In this document: piece by piece, positions 55,274-64,000 of the stretch | How positions within the stretch are numbered: position 1 is the stretch's first letter | Layout of the letters: each line of letters starts with the position of its first letter | NCBI RefSeq assembly: GCF_964194025.1 | Contig: NC_134481.1 | Span: forward strand, 1,054,001 to 1,118,000 | DNA from: Convolutriloba macropyga | Taxonomy: Eukaryota | Direction: 5' to 3' | Length of the DNA: 64,000 bases | The notes under the pieces: generated by a model | The model's input: the letters and a program-made list of their open reading frames with translations, nothing else | What the model was told of the DNA's origin: nothing | Database searches by the model: none | Made by a program: the position numbers and the translations under genes

Positions 55274-55497
55274 TGCTCTGGGGGAATTAAAGTTAGCATG
55301 GATTTTTGTGAACAATTCTATTGCGCATATTTTTGATTCAGAAAAAATATACGCGTTTTTGAAAACTTTAATCCAAGTATTGTACATTGCACTTTTTTCA
55401 TTCAATTTTAAAATATTAATTAAGGAAATATTATCGCGCTCGCTATCTACTGTCACGCTCATATCTTGTTAAATTTTGTGGTATTTTCAGAGATAGA

Positions 55498-57486
55498 ATG
55501 TTAGTTATTGTGGGTAACATCCCAGCAGAACTAAGAACTGCAGATCTCAGAAATTTCTTCTCTGATTTCATCGAAGGCGACAAATTCCTTTGTTTCCATT
55601 TCCGTCATCGAGCTGATATTTTAAAATCAGACGCATGTTGGTGTCCTGTTTTGCTCAAGGAAAAATTTGTTGACAATTTTGTGATGTATTACGATGGAAA
55701 GAACTGGCTTGACTCTGAAAATGAGTTAATGATATCGAAAGTTGAGATCCATTTAGATACCGAGAAATTTTTTGCCTCTAGAGATCTAGAAGGCATAGGT
55801 TAGTAGATGCAATTTACTGTGGTACATTTGATTTCATTTTAATGAACATGCTCGCTTTTTACTTCTGTTTGTTTTAGATTCAGGACAGAACTTGAAGGAG
55901 CTTAAACCGCCTTCCTGCTTTCCTAAAGGTAAGATATCAGCGTGTTGCACCTTTTTAATTTAAATTGTTTGTTAGTAGTCGCGAAGCTATAGGCAAAGCT
56001 ATTATTGGGTGAATCATGGATGGCTTTTTTCGTTTGATTCGTCTCCTTCCTCGAATTTTGTTACGCCCATTTGATCACGCGCCAAGTAGTCAGAGCAAGT
56101 CTTTGGGTGACAAGCTGAGCTTGCCGTGTGACGTCATTTGTTACTACATTCCACATGGGTTCTTAATAAGTTTTTTGAGCTTACATGACTAACCTTGCTC
56201 AATAAAATTACTTCTGCCATCACTCATTAAATCTAAATTCATAATGTAAACTCTAATTGAAAGTCAATGGAGATAACCCAATTTAGATAGCAATGAGACT
56301 GTACTGCTTGATAGACACTTGTGTTGAATTTCGACCTGAAAGTGGGGATAAAAGATACATAACACAACCTGTCAAAAAATTAAGTAGCTTGGAGCTGTTT
56401 TTGTATGAATGAATGAGCTGCTGAAATTGAATATGACAGCGAAAATTATACAAAGACGAAAACGACTGTATTTGATAAAGAAGTTCCGGATGCTCGTAAT
56501 TTGGACGCCATCAATTTCCTTAACCTATAACCTTGCGGAAGATATACATTCCATTGTTGTATTTTGTTCAGATACTGGTAAACAAAAGCAACTGCAGGTC
56601 ATTTGTGGAATAAATGATTCAAATTGTCCAGAAAATTTTGAGTTTATTTCCCCTTCCATTTGAGGTTGTTTATTATCGACCAAAACACTATTTAAGGTTT
56701 GATAAAGGAATTTGAAGATCAGACCTCAAATCTGCTTCAAAATTAAAATTTCTGGATGCTGTGAGAAGAAATAAAATTTTAACCTCTTGTTTATCTCAAA
56801 GTTTTTTTTTTACTTTTTTGGGGAGCAAATTCTTTTATTGACTTCTGTTGTCGTTAATAGGGCCACGCGAATATTTTAGAAATAACAACATTTTCCAATA
56901 ACATTTTGAGCAAGTTAGGCCATTTGAAATACCTTAATTTTGAGTTTTTCATTCGCTAGTGTAGCTTACCTGTTTTTGTTTTCGGCGTTCTTTTTACGTG
57001 AGCTCGCGTAAACAACCAGATTCTTTAGTGTACTCACTTAACTTTGAATTTAAAAAGATACGTAACGGGGGCTGGCGTCACAATCTAATGTGTCTACCGT
57101 CGTTTTAGAGCAATCGTTGAATCAGTTTTTCGTCGGTTTTTTTAATGAATCTAATTTTTATGCATTGGCTTTTTCTTGGATATAATTTGATCAAATTTAG
57201 ATGGGTTCTAATTTCAGGCAGCGTAGGGACCCCGACCTCCTTTTTCTTCGAACAGATTGCTAAATGTCAACTGCCTGCGTCGTTGATAAAGAAACTTGGT
57301 CTCAAATTTCCGAAGCAGAGAACTAACAGACGATATGGCAATGTTCCTTTCGATTACAACGACCAAATTGACTGCAAATCTGCGAACAAAGAAGCATTAG
57401 TGGACAATAAAGCCTCAACGCATTCTGGAATCAAATTGAAATCTGTGGACACTTGTAGAGTTAAGGAACTGCGGCAAAAACGTAGA
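55498..57486 (+). CDS. GPATCH3: G-patch domain-containing protein 3, 5' exons (55498-55798, 55878-55928, 57218-~57486); remainder not in window
   Basis: VGNIPAELRTADLRNFFS...FLCFHFRHR...YDGKNWLD; ELKPPSCFPKGSVGTP...CQLPASLIKKLGLKFPK...RRYGNVPFDY, matching the conserved GPATCH3 N-terminal region. Confidence 0.85.
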
Positions 57487-57510
57487 GTTAGTAATTTATG
57501 AACTATAGAG

Positions 57511-57942
57511 TGTAAGATACCATCGACATCCAAAAAGAACAAAATTAAAAAATTAAGAGATATTTTGAAAAGCAGAAGAACTGTGTTAGTGTTGGTGAAC
57601 AACAGACGAGTATCGAGCATGAAGACTCAAATAAAACTTATAAAATATTCACTATCTATTAATAGAATGAACTCAATTCTGATTGGACAAAAATGTAAAT
57701 AAAAAGTATAAATACGAAATGCATAACACGAATTATTCATTCATTCTTCAATTGATTCTTGCGAAACTTAGTGCTATTTTCCATCCTCAGAACTTGTGAA
57801 ATTTTCTCATCTTAGCAGAATACCGGACGCTTACGAACCTAAACACCTAAGAAAATATTTGAAAAGGAAACATAAAAACTGCACACGGAACCTAAATATT
57901 AGTAGGAAACTCCTAACAGAATAGCTTTGCAGAGAGTTATCA
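57511..57942 (+). repeat. 5' LTR of Gypsy element 2
   Basis: TG...CA ends, TATAAA and AATAAA inside, PBS 2 nt downstream. The 5' boundary cannot be confirmed without the 3' LTR. Confidence 0.6.
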
Positions 57943-57944
57943 TA

Positions 57945-57955
57945 TGGCGACAGAG
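57945..57955 (+). other. Primer-binding site
   Basis: TGGCGACAGAG, complementary to a tRNA 3' end (...GUCG-CCA). The isoacceptor was not determined. Confidence 0.7.
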
Positions 57956-58385
57956 ATCAAGAGCGTCATTCTGCAACACTAAAGAAACGGAATCAGAGAA
58001 AAATTATCACAGCTGAAGCTTCATAAAAAAAACAATTGTCTCAAAATTCATGTTTATCTCAAACTAATGTTTATTCTTTTGGGAAATTTATCACTCAAAA
58101 ACAAGCAAATTCTGGATGCCGTGTTACAACTCCCCAATGTCAAAAATTGTTCCACCGATCTCCAAGAGGTATGGAATATTCATTATTAAAAATAAATCAA
58201 ACTCAACAAAACTTAAACTCCAAGAAGGTGATATACACGAACTCATAGAATCTAATACAGGAAAAACCAGCTTAATAACCTCACATAAACCAATACGCCA
58301 GACCTGCCCACTTTGTCGATTGAAAACAAACGGACAATATCAACAGGAGAATTGTTCTTTTCACTCATAAAATACAACAACAGAT

Positions 58386-59399
58386 ATGGCCGCACCGCAC
58401 CCACCACACGTATCGCTCAAACGTTTTGCCGGGCTACCCAACGAAAACTGGGACCAATTTGAAGGTCTTTTGAGAGCAAGCATAGCAGTTGCCAGAATTC
58501 CGGCAGATCATAACCAACAAGCCCGATACCTACATTTACACCTCGACGGAAACGCATTAAACTATTATCTACGCTTACCAGAAAACACACGAAACGACCT
58601 TGATGACGCATTAGAACAGTTACGCAACCGCTACTCAGGCCCAGACCAACGGCGTAATTTTGAGTTAGACTTACAGAGCAGGAAATTTGATCCCGTGAAG
58701 GAACAACCAGACGATTTTCTAACTGACTTACAGCGGCTTGCCAACTTAGCAATCGTCGATGACGTTGGTGCCGGAATTGACCGCAATGACGAGCGGACAA
58801 GAAGAATCCGAGAACAATTTATACAGGGGATGCCCTTCAAATACAAAAAAGATCTTCTCAGAGAATTGGACAATGTCGGAGTAAACGACTTATGCTCCAT
58901 AGTCAAAAGACGACTTCGAATAGACCAATTAAACCCAGAGCCAGCACACACCACAGCCTTCAACTCTCTAACAAGCTCCCAAAACTCTGCTTTTAACCAA
59001 GCGGTCGAAAACATAATGGCAGCAGGAATAGCTTCAATTCAGGCATCAGTCTCACAAACAACGCCACCAAGATGGCCGAACACCACCCAAAATAAATTTA
59101 ACAAGCCTTTCACAAACTACAACAGAAATAACACAGCATACAGAACGCAAAACCAAAATAGAAGCTTCTCAGGTTATCAAAACCGTCCTTTCTATCGAGG
59201 TAGAGGAAGAGGTACAAACGCGATAAGCAGATACAACAACCAAAGTCAACAATACAACCAGCGACAACGATCTCCCACGCCAATGCGCACTTTTTGCAGG
59301 ATATGCGCAAGCAACGAGCATACCGCACGTGATTGCACTCAGAGGCAACCACCTTATCGCGACGCAACAATGTCATTCAACCAACAGCCAAAAAACTGA
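58386..59399 (+). CDS. Gag of Gypsy element 2 (intact 337 aa)
   Basis: Helical capsid-like N-terminus (RFAG...WDQFE...LDGNALNYY), N/Q/R-rich linker, zinc knuckle CRICASNEHTARDC. Confidence 0.88.
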   Translation: MAAPHPPHVSLKRFAGLPNENWDQFEGLLRASIAVARIPADHNQQARYLHLHLDGNALNYYLRLPENTRNDLDDALEQLRNRYSGPDQRRNFELDLQSRKFDPVKEQPDDFLTDLQRLANLAIVDDVGAGIDRNDERTRRIREQFIQGMPFKYKKDLLRELDNVGVNDLCSIVKRRLRIDQLNPEPAHTTAFNSLTSSQNSAFNQAVENIMAAGIASIQASVSQTTPPRWPNTTQNKFNKPFTNYNRNNTAYRTQNQNRSFSGYQNRPFYRGRGRGTNAISRYNNQSQQYNQRQRSPTPMRTFCRICASNEHTARDCTQRQPPYRDATMSFNQQPKN

Positions 59400-62300
59400 A
59401 TAACCTGCATGCTTTTCTACAAAAAATTTCTTACTGTACAACTAGCTATAACGAAAATGTCTTTCTAATTCCTATTCAATTAGGCTCAATTACAATGAAA
59501 GCGATAGCTGACACTGGAGCATTTAGTAGCGCTATGTCACAAAAACATTTTGATAAAATCTACAATCATCTAACGCAAAAACCCATAAAAAAGGCACCAC
59601 CGGAAATTACGGTCTCCACAGCGTTTATGCATCAGTCTCAAATATTATTCACGACAAATTTAACATTCTAAATTGGCCATTTAGAGCTCACAGAGGACTT
59701 TATGGTTTTTGAGAAACTCTCCGGCATATTACTTGGATTCCCCTTTTTCGACAAAAACGAAATAACAATCGACGCGCACGACCGCTATCTACATTTCCTT
59801 GAATTCACATTTCAGCTGAATTTGATGCAGACGGCAGGCTCAAAAACATCAAAACGATTCAATAAAAAGCGTAAAATTTATCTAAAAACAACAACTCGAG
59901 TTATAATTAACCCCGGTGAACAGAAATTAATTGAACTCACGCCTTATCAACCATTCGAAGCAGATCACCAAATTGGAATAGTAGAGCCTACAACAAAACT
60001 CGAAAACATAGGAGTCTGCCTTACGAGTACGATAAACAAAATGCTAAAGGACAAACCAATTCAACTAATGGCTATCAACACAACGGAAGTACCGATCACA
60101 ATCGAAAGAAACACACTACCTGCAACCTTAACGATAATAACACCCGAACAAGCTCGCTATCTTATCCCATTAGAGCCCAAGTTGCTGGAAACAGATAATT
60201 TCTCAAAGACAACAAAAACCATATCGAAACATATTGAGAAAGTAGCGAAGGGCCAGCTAAATCACATCACAATTAACCACAACGCAAAATACTGGTTTCC
60301 AACCCCAGAGACAACTGAAGATCCATCCAAACTCACAGGACTAGAGAAACGGATTTACGAAGAACTCATCCGCTTCAAGAAGAGAGAGTCCATTCGACCA
60401 CTGGATAACGTAGAGGATCGAAAAACATTTTTGGACTCCTTTAATTGGCACGGAAGTGTCCTAACAGACGACGAAAAGAAGAAGACAGAGAATCTCTTAT
60501 TGGAATTCAACGATATATTTACAAGACATCGCCTTGACATTGGCTACACCTCAAAATTCTCAGTAAAACTGACGCCTGATACTGATAGACCAGTATAATC
60601 AAAAAACCAAAGAGTTTCCATCCACCTCAAAGACGATCTCCTAGTAGAACTCGCCTTATTACAATACTACGGCGTGATTACAACGTTGCCATTCAGTAGA
60701 TATTCATCACCAATCTTTGCAAAAAGAAAACCGAATGGAAAACTACGAATATTAGTAGATCTGCGTAAAATCAACCACCTGATTCGAAATGACTATAACA
60801 ACAACAATTTCCCAATAGCAACACTGGCTGACGCAGGAAGCCATCTTGCAGGCAAGAAGCTCTTTTGCAAAATGGACGGAAGCCATGGATACTACTCCGT
60901 GCCAATGGCCGACGAGCAATCTATTCAACTGCTCGCTTTCAATTTTGCATCGCGAACTTACGCATTTAAAAGATTAGCACAAGGACTGAGTAGAAGTGTC
61001 AGCGCATTCAGCTCATTCATGCGACAGAATCTTGACCCCGTAATTACCGCTGACAAATGTTTTCAATACGTAGACGATATTGGAGTAGGTGCTCATGATC
61101 TCCCAGATATGCTGGAAAAACTATCAGCAGTCTTCACGTGCGTCAGAGAATCAGGAATGAAGCTAGCTACAGATAAATGCGCCTTTGGTCTGAAGGAAAT
61201 TCTGTTCTTGGGGAACACGATAACTTCAGAGGGTTTAACCCCTATCAAACAGAAAATCGCGACGTTTCTCAGAACATTCAAGATGCCGAAAAATGTTAAG
61301 CAAACAAAAAGAATGATCGGTTTCTTCAATTTTTACAAAGCCTTCATACCAGAGCTCGGAGAAAAGCTGCTTCCTTTTTATAGATTACTTAAGAAAGAAA
61401 CAGACTTTGAAATAAACGAGGAGCACAACATAATGTTAAAGAAACTGACACAAGATCTACAATCAGCCTGTGAAATATCACTGAGGCTACCGATGACCAA
61501 TCGACAATATGTCATTATGGCCGATGCATCATTCTATGCTGCCGGATTTGTATTAATGATCGAGGATTACACCCAAACGGCAAACGGAACGTCTGAACAC
61601 AAAATTTATGCACCTGTAAGTTTCGGATCACGTATTTTCAAACCAAATCAACTCAAGATGTCAATCTACGCGAAAGAATTTCTTGCCGTTCATTTTGCCC
61701 TTGATATGTTTGCAAACATCCTTTGGGGATGCGAGAAACCAGTACTAGTCCTAACAGAAAACAGAGCTGTCACCAGATTCTTTCAAACAAAGATCATTCC
61801 GCCAAGCTGTGGAACGCATTAGATCACGTATTGAGTTTTGACATAATACTAGGACATCCCTGGAAAAGCCAACCTCGCGGCAGACTACCTCTCAAGGATA
61901 CACATAAACCCGAAGGAGAAACTCACACTTCGCATCAACTCGAAGATACCAATCAGTGAAGTCCAAATTGACACTACCGCCGAAGTCCCGGACAACTCAA
62001 TTAATACACTCCTGCACGAAACATCCAAGGAAAACACTCCGAAACACTATCTTTTTCAGACCGTCAACGAAACAGATCAAACAGAAATCATTGAGGAGGT
62101 TCATATTCAACAAATAAAACCGGCGCAGCTCCAGGCAATACACGAACACAATCCAATGGACGACTTTGATACAACCGGTCACTCGCCATTGAATCTAAGA
62201 GCCGAACAACAAAAAGACTCAGACATCAAAAGAGTTATCCTTTGGTTCGAAAGAGGCCCACCAACAACCGCCCAATATCTCTCAGGAGACTTGAAAAAGT

Positions 62301-64000
62301 ACCTGAAACAATACCCAAGACTCGCTATGTTTGACGGAGTGCTACACAGAAAGTTCTACAATCCTACGGGCAACAGCTTCATCAAACAGTACTGTGTTCC
62401 AATTCACTTACAAAAAGAAGTACTCTTCCGCATCCACAACAGTGTCTGGAGCGGACATAAAGGTGTGTCGCGTACCAGAGCCGAATTTCGGAAGCGGTTC
62501 TATTTCCCCAATTTCACCGAAACACTAACTGACTACATCAGAAACTGCGTGACTTGTTTACAAACGAAACCTAGTCCCACAGCAGCTCTGAGACCACCTC
62601 TACAACCAATGTCTTCCTTACAAAAATTTTCCAGCAGATGTACTCCTCATCGACCTTGTCGGGAAAATGCACCCTTCACCGTACACCTTCATATTATCCG
62701 GGATAGATGTCTTCTCGAAATACTTATTCGCAGTACCTCTGATGAAATGTGACGCCGACATTGTAGCCCGAGCGCTTATTTCTATCTTCCTGAAACATTC
62801 ATACATTCCATCACAGATAATCTGCGATCTAGGGACAGCTTTTACGTCACATTTAATGAGCGAACTCGCCACAATTCTTGAGATCAAACTCAAACACTGC
62901 ACATTAAAACACGCACAAACAATTGGATTACTCGAAAGAAACCACGCCCCACAAAAGCGGATTGCATAAAGGAAATCCAGGATAAGACAACTGAGCTATT
63001 CGCTTCCGTGAAAGAAAATCTTATTCATACCTCAAATACAAGAAATATTACGACAGGAAAGCCAATGCATCTCCTCTGATAGAACAAACTTATTGCCTCA
63101 TTTTGGACCCAAAATGTACAACACAAATCGCAACTATGAACAAACAACAGAGCAGATGGATTCCTATGTACCGAGTGGAAAAGAGACTCACAAATGCCAA
63201 CTATATTGTGCGGAAAATTAACACAAACTATACACAATGTGTACACAGAATGCGATTGCGACCAATAAAGCCACAATATGAAATCCAAGACTTAGAATCA
63301 ATCGACCCTCGAAATTTTGAGGCCGATCCCTCAATCCCTGAAGAGGAACGAGAACCCCAGTTCTTCGATAACCAGATCGAGAACCACATCAACCAAGAAG
63401 CAATGACTCTACCCAGAACAGTGCCAGAAACCAGATCAATCAGTTTCAATCAAAATGTACAAACGGCGAGCTTCTCAGCACAAGAACCGCCAACAAACCA
63501 TCAACAAATACAACAGGAAACTATATACGACGAAAATACATTCTTTGTGGAAGGCTCAGTGCCGTCTGAAGCAAGAGAAACACCAGAAACAATAGATGTG
63601 GGAGACTACGTCTTTTCTGCAAACAGTAATTTCCCTCAAACAGATGCACGATTTGGCTCACAAAGACCCTACAACCTGAGACGAAGCGATCACCTTGCAT
63701 TGGCAAGAGAGCACTCAGTATATAACAGCTTACAAGTCTCCGAAGAAGATCCGCAAGTGAAAGTGATCACTTACTTCCCACTCAGTCATTACCCTGACCC
63801 TGACCTCTCCATTGCTTTCAGTGATGCAGAAAATAGCGATATAGAAACTAGCACCAGTGACCCCGAGTCCTCGCTTGAGTTCTATTTCTCAATAGCCTCG
63901 GCAAACATCGATGATACCTTCAATTCTGCGGAAACCAACACTTCAATGCCCCAAAACAATGATGCAACTGAACAAACACCAGGAATGGAAGATTCTCTAC
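59390..64000 (+). pseudogene. Pol of Gypsy element 2 (-1 frame; stops at 59669 and 60596, frameshifts at ~61800 and ~62630, integrase core deletion)
   Basis: IADTGAFS; SSPIFAKRKPNGKLRILVDLRKIN; QYVDDI; MADASF...KEFLAV; HNSVWSGH...CVTC; GIDVFSKY...ICDLGTAF. Confidence 0.9.

Larger units (their letters stand above)
57511..64000 (+). mobile_element. Second Ty3/Gypsy LTR retrotransposon inserted in a GPATCH3 intron (3' end outside window)
   Basis: Candidate 5' LTR TGTAAG...TTATCA, PBS TGGCGACAGAG, gag with CCHC, pol with DTGA protease, YVDD RT, RNase H and HHCC integrase. Confidence 0.92.

Noticed and set aside
53005-55472. ORFs at 53005-53264 and 55142-55472
   Set aside because: Translations of the MULE subterminal repeats (GTVLS/GLFC repeats), not genes.

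Overview
AT-rich invertebrate (metazoan) genomic DNA. An acoel-like host is only a low-confidence guess from the style of the second Gypsy RT. 1-20554 is one decayed Ty3/Gypsy provirus whose 5' end lies outside the window. It has an internally amplified pol, a class III (herpes gB/chuvirus-G-like) env, and an unexpected fourth ORF encoding coiled-coil plus a DnaJ/J-domain just before the PPT. Its 3' LTR carries a triplicated 637-bp segment. A decayed CR1/L2-type LINE follows (SGNH ORF1, 2A-like GDVDLNPGP, APE, RT, (TAA)n tail). Five spliced host genes then follow, all on +: LSm6, a 4CL/luciferase-like acyl-CoA synthetase, RPL10, a fatty acyl-CoA reductase and GPATCH3 (5' part). Four of them have a splice acceptor 6-12 nt before the ATG. 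Introns and spacers hold many Helentron-type non-autonomous elements (some with tRNA-like Pol III modules), two diverged ~170-bp arrays, a FLYWCH-MULE flanked by an ~85-100-bp direct duplication, and a second Gypsy (5' LTR, PBS, uORF, gag, -1 frameshift, pol) in a GPATCH3 intron. The best candidate for a novel system is the env-bearing Gypsy with a J-domain accessory gene. All calls come from manual reading; no searches were run.
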